Below are positions 26,313 through 39,994 of a DNA stretch of 64,000 bases, piece by piece. Under the pieces are notes generated by a model. The model did no database searches and was not told the origin of the DNA. It saw only the letters and a program-made list of their open reading frames with translations. The translations under genes and the position numbers were made by a program. The number at the start of each line of letters is the position of its first letter. The stretch's first letter is position 1. Source of the stretch: Strigamia acuminata (Eukaryota); the NCBI GenBank assembly GCA_949358305.1, contig OX442314.1, positions 12,028,001-12,092,000 of the forward strand, in the 5' to 3' direction.

Positions 26313-27200
26313 TTTTTATTCTATTTTTTTTTTATTTTTTTTTTATTTATTTATTTAATTTTGGATCAAAATTCGGTTTTATTGGATTTTATTTTAGATT
26401 TTATTTTCTGTTGATTTTGTCTAAAAAAAATTCATTGTTTTGATTATTTTTTATGTGAACAGAATTTAAATTTAAGAAGCAAAAAAAAAATACATTGAGG
26501 TTAAAAGTTGAGTTAAAATGTTAGCAGTTCCTGCAATTTCTTGAAGATTCCTAAGGTCAACGAGGTATAATGCGGAGAACGACTTTTGGTTTCAAACGCT
26601 TATCACGCAAGATCTACGGGGGCAGTGGGAACCTTAGGTTGAGATAAATGTATAACTAAGGTTTCTGTTCGATAAACCCGTTGTGAAATCGATATTTTAT
26701 CTGTTGGCCGTGACGACCGCATTTCTGTATCAAAAATCTTCTAAAGCCGACTTTGTATTCAAACAACGTTTTTCTCTTTCTCTTTCTTCTTCTTCCTACA
26801 ACCGACATCGGCAAACAATTTCTTATTTCGCTCAGTCCAACGTTGTAATTACTATTAATTATCCCATCAAATCCACTTAAAAAATGAAAACAAAAATCGA
26901 TAAGTTTCAACAAAGACAAACAATAGCTGGATGCATTTAAATTCAAAGTTTGTTGCTGCCGATTTTAGTGTTGGACGCCAAAAACAGAGCTTACCATCGT
27001 CAAAAACCGCAAAAACAGAAACCACAACAACAGTTCCCAACCGGTATCTTGATGCCAATCAGCCAAATTCAAACTGCGCATCACATTCTGTGCATTTAAA
27101 ATGGCGAGATTGCCATGGCTTTGCACAATTGTTTAGAGCAGGAATAGAACATAACTGTTGTAACCTGGATTTATTTATTCATTTGGGATATTTGTTATTC

Positions 27201-27345
27201 ATTTGCTGTTATTTCTTATTTGTTTTGTTATTTATCCAATTTTATGTAACTATTGCCCTCTTGTTGTATTAATTTGCTGTTATTTCTTATTTGTTTTGTT
27301 ATTTATCTAATTTTATGTAACTATTGTCCTCTTGTTGTATTAATT
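27201..27345. repeat. Tandem duplication of a 71-bp unit
   Basis: atttgctgttatttcttatttgttttgttatttatc...ctcttgttgtatta occurs twice with 2 substitutions. Confidence 0.9.
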
Positions 27346-29086
27346 CTTTATTTTCTATGTTATTTCCTATATTGCCAGTGTTCCCATTTGAGTTTATTGT
27401 TGTTTATTTAGTTTATTTTAGCATTATTAGGTCTTATATTAGGCTAATCATATGCGCAGGATTAATTTGGTAGTTGGATTTGTTTTTGTCTTCTGTTTAT
27501 AGAAATACCCAAAACAACACAAACAGAAACTTCGAATACGCATATGGCTTTGAGATATAAATTTCTATTTTTGCTTTGTGTAAAGTTGATCTTCTAAGTC
27601 AAATCGCACTTTTATTTTACGCTATTTAGAGATATGCAAGTTCAGTTCATCCATTCAAAGTTTCCACAGCAAACGATTGAGGTTTGAAAACGTGTTTCGA
27701 CTTTCAGAACACTCGTTTAAAGACAGGGCTTCGAAACACGAGAGGAATCGGACATTGCTCTCTCTCTCTCTTTCTCTCTTTATTCCCACCTAAATACTAA
27801 AAGGTGCTTGAAATGCAAAATGGACGGTTGCCAAAATGACCGTTGTTGAACACTCAAAGCAGATTAAACTAAACAGACGTTACAAGACACATTAAACTCG
27901 TGTTTTATATCTCAAACGTCCAAACTATAAATGGCTAGATGATGTCAGCTTTAATTTAGAAGTTAATTATGTCGAGACGATTTTTTTTTTTCCTTTTTGC
28001 GTGACCGAAAGTGAGAAATTTGCCTCGCCTTATTTGTGCTAGAAAATCAATTATATATCTACATTTTCTGCCTAGTTTCGTTCGGCACTTCTTAGATCTT
28101 CGTGCGTGGATACAATTCTTTACATCAATCGAAGTGTTTTCGCACGATGCAAAGCAGGGTGTTGATCAGGCTGAATATTTAGAGCTTATGGGAGAGGAAA
28201 ATGCGGAATTTTTTTATTTATTTCGTCTTTGTTGCTGGTTATCCGTTTGTTTTTCCACATTTTTGATTTGTTTATGCAGTTTTCGCTCGATCATGCATCC
28301 GAGGCTGTTCCTGGGCTTGGGAATTGTTTGTATTTATTGACTTTGTTTGGAAATTGTGTACTGGTTAGGGATTGTGACATGCGACAGGTCACGTATCGCT
28401 CTTGATGGAGAGTCTGAACCTTTTCGATAGTGCGATAGGTTCCTGCAGTACACACAAGACTGAATAAAGAATTATATAAATCTTTTTAGATTTCAATTTT
28501 AAACGCATAATTTAATCAATGGGTGGTGAATCGCTTGAGATTTAGATATGGAACAACAACGATTTCTTTTTTTTTTTAATTTTTTTTTTTTAAATATATA
28601 AAAAAGAAAGCGATAAATTTTCGTTTAGGAGGATATAAAACAAAGATTGTGTCACACTATCACTAGAATCTGGTTCAAGTTCTCGTAAAAGTTTGAAACG
28701 TTAATTATTGCTACATTTTGTTGCGATAAGCGGAAAGAAACTGACAGGTTTTGAATTTGTAATGGGTGGAAATAAAAATGACGTTTTGGTTTAATTAATT
28801 CATGAATTTTCAACGAAAAGCAGCTAGTGTTGCGGAGAGATCAGTATTACTTGGAAGTTTTGTGTCGTATTATTTACAACTTAAGACTTTACTTGAGTTT
28901 TTTGGAATTGTTAATAAGCTGTAGCTTAGGTAGGTGTGGAGCAGCTTGCTTATCTTTGTGTCACGATTTTGCCTCCTTCGGGCAAGAAAAGACGGCAGCA
29001 CTTGTGTTGAAATAGTGAGTTTTAAATATCAGTTTGCAAGGCGCATTCTAAGTTTCTGTTTCTGGGGTTTTTGAAAAGCCACTCTA

Positions 29087-29703
29087 TACTCTGTCCCGAT
29101 ACAACGTTGCCAAGCTCAATCCAAGTGGCTATCACAAATTGTGATTAACAATTAGTTGCAAAAACTATCTTATGATTTTGCAATTTTGCAATTATTTAAA
29201 TAGTCACATGACTTCCTATACACCATATTGGGTTTTAGTTGTACCCAACCAAAATGTGATGCAAAATAACTAGTTCTGTTTGTGCGATGGAACAAAATTT
29301 ATTTTAATAAGGTGCATTTTAATAAACATAAGTTTCACAGATTGCACCAGAGTCATTACTTGAGTTTCCTAGCTGTTATACAGTCATGGATGCATCAGCA
29401 TATTGAAGATATACAATCACAAAATTGACTGGGTTAATTGAATCTAATTCTCTTTTTTGGAGGCATCAATAAATACTGAGTTTGTGATTAATGCAAAATC
29501 ACAAAATTGCAAAATCAAACATAATGAAACCCCCTAATGTTAGCATAGGTTGTTGGTTTCTTTTGGCAGGTGAACAAAGGTTTAGTTTTTTATTGGTTGT
29601 TTTGCCTAGTTAGATAACAATTCTGGTGTTATGGGCTACTTTTTTGTGCGACTACACCAGTGATACGGCTTGAATTAGGACAACGTTGTATCGGGACAGA
29701 GTA
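29087..29703. mobile_element. TA-flanked Tc1/mariner-like MITE
   Basis: Perfect TIRs (ta)tactctgtcccgatacaacgttg / caacgttgtatcgggacagagta(ta). Confidence 0.8.
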
Positions 29704-30337
29704 TAGTTGTGGTTTCTGTTTTTGCAGTTTTTGATGGTGGTTTATGGCTGTTTTTGTCTCCCTTTTGTTTATGGAAACATTAAAAACAACAAAAAAAGAA
29801 ACTTGAGTGCACCCTGCAGACTGAACTCTATCGAAATGACATCACTGCCTGCCGTGATTAACAGTAAAGTGAAACAATATTGAAAGACTGAACATGCCCA
29901 GTGTCTGTTGCCAGGGGAATATATAATTGCATTGTAATTTTAATCTGACATAACCAAACACAACTTGTCCTAATCTGGCCTAAATCTGACAAGAAGACAT
30001 TTCATGACGAGAAAAATTCTCCTTTAGGCAGAAATTTTGAACCAGGGCAATTTTACCTTGACAGTAGACACTTCCTGTTCTTCCTGCTAACAATAACTCT
30101 TTTAGAAGACATTTAGTTTCTAAACTTATCCGTTTTTTTTTAAAAAAAATTACGAAATTATTGATGCGTTTAAGTGTTTGAATTCGACTTGTATGGTTCC
30201 AAACCTGAGATATTATATTTATGAAATTCAAAGAAAATTGGACCTGACTCGATAAAGCGATTCTAATGACATTAATGGCGCTTTGTTATCTGAACTACAA
30301 ACAATTAATCAAAACCATTTCGATCAAACAATTATCG

Positions 30338-30376
30338 TCAGTGGTCAAACGATTATTATAATCGTTTGACCACTGA
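30338..30376. repeat. Perfect 39-bp palindrome
   Basis: tcagtggtcaaacgattat-t-ataatcgtttgaccactga. Confidence 0.85.
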
Positions 30377-30476
30377 AGATGATCGTTATTAAGGTCATTA
30401 AAATCACTTTATTATTATCACAAAGAAAGTGCGCATTAAGATGGATGATTTTTGTTAAAGATTTAAGTATACTCAA

Positions 30477-30855
30477 GTTAACTTCAAGATTATCCTTTCT
30501 CCCATTGGCCGAGCCATTTTACTGGTGTAGTGATCCAAAAATAGACCCAAATACCAGAATTGCATTACAATGTACAGACATTGTAATCGATTACCTGTTG
30601 TTCGGAAATTGTTTGTTTTCCTGACAAAGCAACCAATAAACAGAACAAACATGATTTTTAAACTAAAAAGTGCAGAAAACTTATAGAAATAACATTTTAT
30701 AATAAAATACAATTAAAATTATATCAATTTAAATGATCATAATAACCACAGAAATAAATAAAAATAAAAACTACTTCTCCTGGTGGTAGTGTACAGTATA
30801 GAGTTAGGAGTAATGAGGCTCGGCCAATAGGAGAAAGGATAATTTTGGAGTTAAC
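30477..30855. mobile_element. MITE family C with extended TIRs
   Basis: gttaacttcaagattatcctttctcccattggccgagcc / ggctcggccaataggagaaaggataattttggagttaac. The interior is the reverse complement of 13680-14000. Confidence 0.75.
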
Positions 30856-31920
30856 ATCTATTTATCGACAAAACTAAAGAATACGCAAATTTAATTTCTT
30901 CCCACAAATGTTTTCGACCATCCCTTTATTCTTTGATTTTGTCCATAAAGAAATATGAAAAACAAACATAAGTCTAATTGATTTGTTCTAAAAGGCCAGG
31001 GTTGCTAGTTCTGTTTTATTAGGTTTCATCGCATTAGAATAGAGAGTCTTGTGCTAAATTTCCAAATTGAGTTGTACATTAGTATTAATGGTGGAAAAAA
31101 GAAAGGCCATTTGTAATTTCGAATTCCCATTAGAACATTTAAGAGTGAGTCAGTGAACAGCAGAACTATTAACTACACTTTGCTGTTTGCAGTTCCAGGA
31201 ATGATTACTATTCAGGCAAGTTTATCACTTCTAAGGCTTGTTGCAGCTATTAGAAATTTACTGCAGTTGGCGATTCTATTCTACCTTTGTGCACAATCAA
31301 GCAGTCAAGTCCATCCCTAATCGATTTTGGTTCTTGCTACTTTCAATTTACGGCAGTTAGACTTAACCTTTAAACCGTCGAGTTATCTACTCAGTTGGTT
31401 TTCGAATAAACATTTCAGCCATTAGTGTCTAGTTTGGTCTTATTCATCCACCTAATTAACGGCGCTTTTTCCGTGTAAATGGAAAGTTGCTATTGGAGTT
31501 CAATTGGATGAAATGTAAATTCTTTTTGCAGATTGATTGTCGAATAGGCTCTTGGGGAAAAGGGAAACAGTGGTGCGGGGACTGATAACACTGGTTCTGT
31601 CAAAGCATCGCACACCACACATTGACTTTTTGATAATGTGCCAAAGCCAATGAAAAGCAATAAAAAAGTAAGAAAACTTGGAGCACATGACAGATGAAGA
31701 AGCGGCTTTAGACAAGTAAGAGCTCCTACCATAAGGTCTCTAATTCTAATAAATAATAGATCACTAAGGGTGCTGTCAATAACGAGAACACTAAAAAATG
31801 AATTCATTTCTTAGCATAGCAACTGCTTTCAAATAATTGTTCTTTAAGTGTTTTAGCTCTTTTTGTTTTTCTATTTTTTAACATCACAAAAGATTTGTCT
31901 TTTTCGACAAATTGCCAAAC

Positions 31921-32366
31921 ACCGAGCTGGTTTTTGGTGGGGCGCAACGATGTTCAATCACTTTGTCGCCCAAAATTTTTGTTCTAAGATATTTTTTCAA
32001 TTTTTTTTTTCAATTTTTGCCAATTCCAATTCCAATTTACTGCCTGTAATTGGTTGCAATACACCGCAAGCTAGAAAAAGCTACAAAATCCTCTGAAATC
32101 GTCACAAAAACCTCACAAAAATCACTCAAAATCTACAAAAGCCATCCAAGATTCTCCAAAAACCGGCCAAATCTCCCGCAAATGGAGGTTTGTAGCTATT
32201 GTAATTCCCCAAAGAGATGAATTTTGTAGAATGGGAAAATAGTAACAATATATGTGGTAGTTCATTTAGAAAAAATGTAATGCATCGATGATGAAGCGGG
32301 GCAGGGGCACTGAAGATCGCCTGTCTTAAAAATGGATCGCAATGCTAAAAAGTTTGAGAACCCCAG
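31921..32366. mobile_element. hAT-like MITE (family A), inverted copy
   Basis: 31921-32255 is the reverse complement of about 1020-1345. A hAT-type end gtttgagaacccc lies at about 32352-32364. Confidence 0.7.
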
Positions 32367-33772
32367 GTGTACGGTGTTCGGTCATTCAGTGTGGTCAAAT
32401 ATCGAACAACTATTTCTTCTGTTGTTGGACTTTAGTCAATTAATCAATCAACTTTAAAACTCAAGCGTGTTTACTTTAACAAGAAATCTTGATTTGTCGG
32501 TGCTAAACACCCTAATTCGCATGAAAAATGACAAACAGTTGTTTTCCATCCAATGACGCATAGTTTGCGTTCGCTTCTCCGAATTTTCTTTTCCAACAAT
32601 TTCATTTGTATTTACAGTTCTGTGCATACACTCCATTCGGTCTTTCCTGCCGTAGCGTAAATAGAAGTTTCGGCATGTTAACATTGCGAAATATTTTCCA
32701 TTGCATCGAATTGGACGGGTTTTAATGATTTAAATGAATGAGTTATTAGCATTGGTTGCGACATTAATTATGTATGCTTAAGGGCTTATGCATAGCTCAA
32801 TACTTACGTCATTCCGAGAGAAACAAACAAAATCGGCTTACATGTGTTTTAATGGCAAGAGATATAAAAGTTGGAAGAATTTTAAATGAGTAATAAATTA
32901 ATTTTTTTTTTTTAAAAAAAGCAAAAATGCATCAAAACTGACTTTTAACAATCGGCGATACATTAGAAGTGAAAATTGATTATTTAAGGTTTCAATCATG
33001 GCTTAAATTACAGCGTGCAAGCAACAATGTTCCAATCGTCGGACATTAACGAACAATTCGGGCACTCGGTTGTCGATAATTGGCTATTAATTGGGTATAG
33101 AATTCATGTCTAATAATTACACTGAAGGGTGATTGATGAGAGAGGTGCGACAGTGGGTGCAGGACGTAATCACTCGGGTCAAGTGTACAATTACACAACA
33201 GCACACTTGGATGATACAAGTAGAAGCGAATTGAAATTGTGGTTTAACTCGTGTTCAATTTACCTTAATCCTCTGTCTTGCTCAAAGACAAACACAAATT
33301 AAAGAAATGCTTCCCCTGTGCCCGTACCACTGCAGTGGGCCATAAATTTGTCACCAAAAGGTTTATTTATGGCCAGATTATTGATGATATAATTAAAACT
33401 AAATGGGAATTTTTTTATCTTTAAGATTTTTCTTTTTCTTCTTCTTCGGCTTCTTTTTTGGTTTTGTCGACAAATTGTTCTCTTCACTGCATGTGCATGC
33501 CATTGCTTTTCCAAACAATTTGAGGAATTTTGATAACTGCTTTGCTACAAAGCAATGGAGAAGACATAAAGTCTTGTAAAATCTGGAAGCAGAACTCCGG
33601 CCGTAAAACTGGCGAAACTAAGAACAACGTGAAGATATAAAGGAAAATATTAATTGTACGAATAACAAATAAATAACCCATTCAAAAAAATATTTTACAA
33701 TATATTGCTTTTATTTATTGCATCTTTTGTAAGTAAAAAGTAACAATGCGCATTCACTCTTAAGCTCAAGGC

Positions 33773-34002
33773 TAGTACTCATAACACCATTCCGTCCATG
33801 GAATGGTAACAGGAATCAAAGTCTTAAGTTTCCTGCCAAGGGTGGTACTCATAAAAATATTGTTTATACTCTGACAATTTCATGAGTACCACAAATTTAT
33901 CAGACTCTGAATAATAAGAGGATAAAACATTCCGTTTGAAATGGTGCTGTTGAAAAATTAAGACTGTAAAAATATTTAGACTCTGAAAGCTTATGAGTAC
34001 TA
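33773..34002. mobile_element. Putative MITE with TAGTACTCATAA TIRs
   Basis: 12-bp perfect IR tagtactcataa / ttatgagtacta, with an inner IR gtggtactcat / atgagtaccac. Confidence 0.45.
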
Positions 34003-35951
34003 TGCTTTAGCTCAGAGTCTAAATATTCGGTGTCTGAATTTTCAGGTTGTCACACCGCAAACGAAATTATTCCGCGTGTTTGGCTTTGCCTTTCCGTGTG
34101 CGGAAATTGTTTGGTACACACAATCCGTGCACGTGTTGTAATTACACATGGCGACCACTTTTACAAAATATTGTAGTTTGAACATGCAAAATAAATGGAT
34201 TACAGTATTTTTAAATTAATAATTAATAATAAATTATAAAATAAATTAATCAGGACATTTTTAGTATTATCTGTCTTTGTATTCAGTATCCACTTCCGTC
34301 TTATGTACGACTGGTCACGATTGATTGCATTACCACAATGCATTCTGGGTACTCAAAATTTGTTTGCCAGAAAGTTTCCGTGAGTGGTAAGCGGAACTAT
34401 GTGTACCACGTCGACCAAAATTTCTGGCCGCTCACGGAAAGTGACCATTCCGTACACGGAATCAGGTCATATGTACTTAGCTTTAGTAGTGAAATGTAGC
34501 AGTTGGAGGACTAGAAATCTTTGTCTGACTGACTTCTTTGAGATTGATTCCATTCCTTGGGAATTAATGTGGTGTTACTTTCGTTACTTACTAGTAAAGT
34601 CATTACGGCTGCGTTAAGTTTGCCGAATTAAGACAAATTAGGCGGCCATTGCTGCCGTTTGATCGGTAGATACCAGATAGCAGCGGATCGAAGTGTTTTT
34701 CTCGTGTTTAGAAATCCAAATGGCTAGAGAAATCTTCTTCGTTGCTACTCATTAAGTGAAGAAGGGGGAGGCTTATAGCATCCCTTGACGAAACGCCAAG
34801 ACTAATAAGAACCCTAATAAGCTTAGCTGGGATGCATCATTGGCTGAAATTTATACGGGGGCAAAATTTTGAATATCATAATCAATTATTATTTTGATCG
34901 CTCTAAACTTGGTATTTTGCCCGAGAAAAACATGGGACAGAATTTTTGTCGATCGATAATTTAATTCGCTCCGGCAAGGATAACTTAAGCTGGAACTTGT
35001 AATGTAATCCGTGTAAATAATTACCTTAACATATGATGCATGAAGAAGTCGAATATCTTTTTTTTTTTCTTTTATTTTTAAAAAATCCAAAAGAAACGTG
35101 AGTCATTGGGTCAAGTGTAGTATGATTAAAAAGGGATTTTGCATACAAGCAACAAGAAAAAACGAGCATTAATTAAATTTAAAAAGAAATTGCTTCACAG
35201 AACTAATCAAGCATCTCATTGTTTTAATGAGAAAAGAATTAGACTTGGTGGTTTCAACAGAAACCATAAATACTTTGAATTAAAAATTATTGTTATGGGT
35301 CTCTAAAGTCCGTGGACCGTCGAGGTATAAAGAAAAACTACAAGTGGATAATTAGCGTACCATTAACTGTTTTTATAATGTAGAAAGATTTAAGCCTTCC
35401 TGCAAATTTGCAATGCAAATATGATGATGATGTTGTGACTACAGATGGCTTTGCATTGTAGTACAGTACTTGAATTGTTTTGCCTCTTAGCTATGCCTTG
35501 TTGCTGTGTTTATTACCCTTCGTTGCTCTTCTTTTACGAATGGAGGCGCACAGCTGTTTTACTTGAGAATAAACCTTGTTGTTTGATGTTTAACACTGCC
35601 TACCAATTGAGAAAAACTACATAAATAATAAACGGTTAAAAAAAACCAAAAACGAAAACTACGACTGGAGTGGTTTATGAATCGGTTTATGCCGGGTTTT
35701 GGTTTTTACAACCAAATTCAAAATGGCCGCCTCGAACGTTGGATCGACGGATCAGACTTTCAAGTGTCATAAACACTTTCAGGCGAAGAATCCACCTCCC
35801 AAAATGTGAGTAAATGCTAAATTATGTTTAAAAAATGGGGCCACAACCACAATTCGTTAGTTACAAGTAAATGAAAGAAAAGGAGTTTTTATGCACCGTA
35901 TGTACTCGCGCGATGCAATGCAAAAACAATACAACTAACGGGCCTAAAAAC

Positions 35952-36401
35952 CACAGACCTAGATACACTAGATTGCGAACTGAGGGATTGTGGGTAAGAA
36001 GTGTATGATTACAGGAAGTCACAACACTAGAGTATCTTTCCCTTCCTGTCAACGTTATGGCTGCCTGAAATCAGCATACAAGCAAAATTTCCAAACGAAA
36101 ATGACTCGAGTTTTGATGAAAATGACTTAAATTTGAAAATGACTCGCATTTTGATAAAAATAAACTCTAAATTAAGTGAAATTTATGAATTTCAGTTGTA
36201 AATGACTCTAAATTATATTTCATTTACAAATTTAACCTGAAAATAACACGAAATTTTATTAAATTCACAAATTTAAGACGAAAATGACTCGGAACAGGAA
36301 GTTGGAGCGCACCAGTGACGACACTACCTGACAACAATGCCTCCTCCGCTCACAAGCTGGGCCCGATGTAGAGTTCGCAGTCTAGTGTATTTAGGTCTGG
36401 G
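35952..36401. mobile_element. P-element/Galileo-like MITE with 7-bp TSD
   Basis: TIRs cacagacctagatacactagattgcgaact / agttcgcagtctagtgtatttaggtctggg. The direct repeat taaaaac occurs at 35945-35951 and 36402-36408. Confidence 0.7.
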
Positions 36402-37403
36402 TAAAAACGAACACATTGACGGTTAGGCACGTCGATGCTTGCAGCTTTGCGCACTTATTTTTTACAATTAAGCACTCACCATGTTTTAGACTCTTAAAGA
36501 TTGTGCAAATAGGTGAAGGGTTAAATGAATAAATAACATTGCATAGAATAAAATATTAATTTCAATTAGGAATGGTGGACAGTGACGGGAAAATAAAAGC
36601 ATTTTAATCCTTCATTTCCTTGATATTGTGCTCACTGGAGACGCCCGTGGAGCGAGCGTGAAAAGTGAAATGCTGAGAGTCGCCATGCAGTTGAGCCAAC
36701 CGGGGCTAAGTGATGATAATGGTTAAAACTGACGTTATACTGATAAATTGTTTGGTGTTGCTTATTGACAAGTACTGCGCGTTTGTATTGCAGTTGAAAT
36801 ACATGCAATTTGTGTGGCGCAGCATTGACTGGTTTTGGTTGGGGAAACTGATAAGAAAACGGCAAAGCTGTCGTTCGAGCGACCATTGAATGGACGCAAT
36901 CTTGCGGTTGAAGGGAACTACCGGAAGTAGAGTTGAATCGCTACAGCTGTTCCAAGAACTGGTGACATGGAAAAGTTGCGTGCGTCGATCGTTTTCAAAA
37001 CTTGTAAACCGAAATGTGAATGAAGTTTTTAATGATAGATTGCGCGAGACTGTGTAGAGTTTTCAAAGAAATTGATGGCAGATGTCAATCGATGCAATCA
37101 ATATTCATGTAGCTAAGTGCTTTTGCGAATTCCGAATTTAACGTCTCGCTTTTAATGTTTTCACTTAGTATTTTCACTAGTATTACTTATTAGTGCTTTA
37201 CTCTCAAATATTTCACAAAATGGAAAAGAGGGGGAAAAGCTGTGTGAGATAAATTATCCTAATCAAAATCAGAAATATATTTTTTATTCATTTTTCATAA
37301 TATTGTAGACAGGGACTTATTCGGGGTTGGGTTTACCATTAGGCAAAATAAGCTGCTTCTTAGGCCAGGGCCGGCTTAAGGTAGAATCGGGTGCTGCATT
37401 AAT

Positions 37404-37895
37404 AGAGAGTTTGCGGGATGCATTTTTCCCTTACAGTTAAAGACTATACGGTATAAAAATAGTGTAAGGGAAAAATGATAAATTAAGTTTTTGCGGGTTG
37501 CACATTTCCCTTATCACTACACTATTTCAGCCAACTACTGACAGTTAATAATTTTGGGCCTAAAAATTCAATTTGGGGGCGTAAATGTGCAAATTTCTGC
37601 ATAAAATTCCATTATTATGCCTATAAAGTATGGTTTTGGGCCTAAAATTCAATTTTGGGCCTCACTTATCATTTAATCTACGTACCTATGACTGATGTGT
37701 TTGATCGGGACAACAAAATAATTGCCATTTGCAATGGGCGGAGCTAACAATATAGTGTTCTCAATTCTGATTGGCTGTGCTATATTTTAATTTAGTGTTG
37801 AAAACGATACACTAAAGATTTTTCGCTTACGATATGGCACTAAAATAGTGTATCGTAGAGCAAAATAAGGGAAAAATGCATCCCGCAAACTCTCT
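37404..37895. mobile_element. PIF/Harbinger-group (Pangu-like, AWT target) MITE
   Basis: 30-bp perfect TIRs agagagtttgcgggatgcatttttccctta / taagggaaaaatgcatcccgcaaactctct with a 3-bp TSD aat. A close copy lies at 42959-43463. Confidence 0.85.
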
Positions 37896-39550
37896 AATGA
37901 GCTTTAAGTTCACTGACTAACAAAAGAAGACCAATTTTTAGTTTTCGTGCATTCAAATTCCTTTGTTTAATAACAAATTAAATCCGAATTTTCACTATTT
38001 TGAAAACTGTTACCATGTAATCGTATAGTAAATTTGAAAATCTAAAGTTCAATTTAGATTTTGTCTCTGAATTTTCAAAACTATTTCTTCATTTCTCTAA
38101 ATAATGATTAAAATCCGGCATTGTATACATTAGTTTGAGAAGTACTCAAACACCGGTGAGAAATTCTTCCCTAAAGAACTAGTTAATAATGGAAATCAAT
38201 TTTCAAAATTAGAATTTCTTTAAAAAAAAATTTTAATAACATTTATATAAAAAAGAAAAAAAAAAAAAAAAAAAATTTTTTCTTATTGTAGACATTCCTC
38301 AGCAAAACTGAGCCAATATCCTGAAGATACTCATCATTTCTTCAACATTCAAAGTTGATAATTGGCATGTTCTTTTCACAATGCCATCCTCAACAACTGG
38401 CAATTGTGGGCCTCCTGTGGTTTTTCAAGTCTGCAAAAGAGTTAGCAAGTTTTTTAATGCGGTCTTTGCAAACATCCGGGTTTTAACGCGCGCAAATAAT
38501 TTCTGAAATGAATTTGTGCCAGGCGATTTGCATTGCTGTTCGAGGTAATGACTTTCTTCATCAAGTAATATTCAGTGACTGAAGTCTGAAGAGTTTTGTT
38601 TGCTAAATTGGTTGAGGTTGAAAATGCGTCATTAAAAATGCATGTTTGCTTGCAGGTAAATTGAGGAGGCGGTGGCTGATTAACAATTCGAGATAATTGT
38701 CATGGCAACTTTTGCCGACCAATTAATTGCATTAGAATTCACCTTTGATGAACTTATCCACGATTCCTTTAATTTCCCATCTATGAAATGACGTGCAAGA
38801 AAAATTCTGGAGAGTTCAAGTCCAATTAGTCGTCGTTAGCCCTGCGGTCGAGTTGGACGTTGGGCCGGGGTCTGTCTTTGGTGAAGTGATGGAATTTGAT
38901 GGTGGCGTTGATGATTGGGTAATTGATTGCCAATCGCTTCCCATCAGGCGACCAGTCGACAGCTGATCGGTGATCCACTTTAAGTTAAAATGACAGCCTC
39001 CGGTCATGTTCTCGGTTATCTTATCGGATAGAAAAATTCTGTTTCTCTGAGCACATTTATGATTGCACTTTAAATTCACACTTTTTTATGGCTTCTTTGA
39101 CTCTGATTTTTCGCGTCTAATTCTGTATAAATTTCTACTGGAATTTATTCGTGTAAGAAATATATTTGTTTTTTAATTTTAATTTTTATTTTTCACATTT
39201 AAGTGGTAAGAAATAACTTCATTTTGAAACCTTTCTCCCCATTGGCTGAGAAATCATATTATTAAAATTTATTCTGATTGGCTAAATAGTGACGTCATGT
39301 CAAAGGACTCTTCTGATTGGCTTAAAAAGCGCGTCAGAACAAATGTTTTTTTTCTGGTTGGCTAAAAATGAGGCTATTGCAAATGTCTTCCTCCTGATTG
39401 GATGAAAATAAGACTGGCTAAAAAAATCTGTAGTAAATGATGGATTTTTAATGAAAAAGGTAAAATTAATTCCTGTATTGATAATGAAGTTCGAAAACAT
39501 GAAGCAAATTTTGGAAGATTTTGTTCGCGCAAAATGAAGCCTTAAAGTTA

Positions 39551-39793
39551 TTCTGCGCAGATGGTTTCCTAACTGCAGTTGATATTTAGCAGTATTATGC
39601 CTAATATTGCTAAAATAAAGTAAATAAACAGCAATACACTCATCATTAAAAGTAATTTATAGCGTAGTACCAAAATATTGTTGTTTTATTTTCTCTGTGT
39701 GCATGCAACGAGCTTGACAATCGCCATGTTAAATGCATGCGCAGAATGTGATGCGCAGTTTGAATTTAGAATCAAGATACTTGGCGCGAACTG
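39551..39793. mobile_element. MITE family F fragment
   Basis: Matches 42853-42950 and ends gcgcagtttgaatttagaatcaagatacttggcgcgaactg. Confidence 0.6.
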
Positions 39794-39994
39794 AAGGCTA
39801 ATGTGTTTACCATGAAGTGAAAAAATCACATACATTTAGGCTGTGTCAATAGACTATCAACTGACCATCTGCAGGGACTTGTGGGAAGTATTTGAGCTAG
39901 TGTAGACAGCTTAACCATTTCATACAACTACTGGCTTAGCACAATCTGGTTTCAACAGTTTTAAACCAGAAAACTTTGGGGTGTAAGGCGATTA

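Noticed and set aside
38290..38490. Minus-strand KTTGGP peptide reminiscent of Myb/SANT-like Harbinger proteins
   Set aside because: Too short and interrupted to support.
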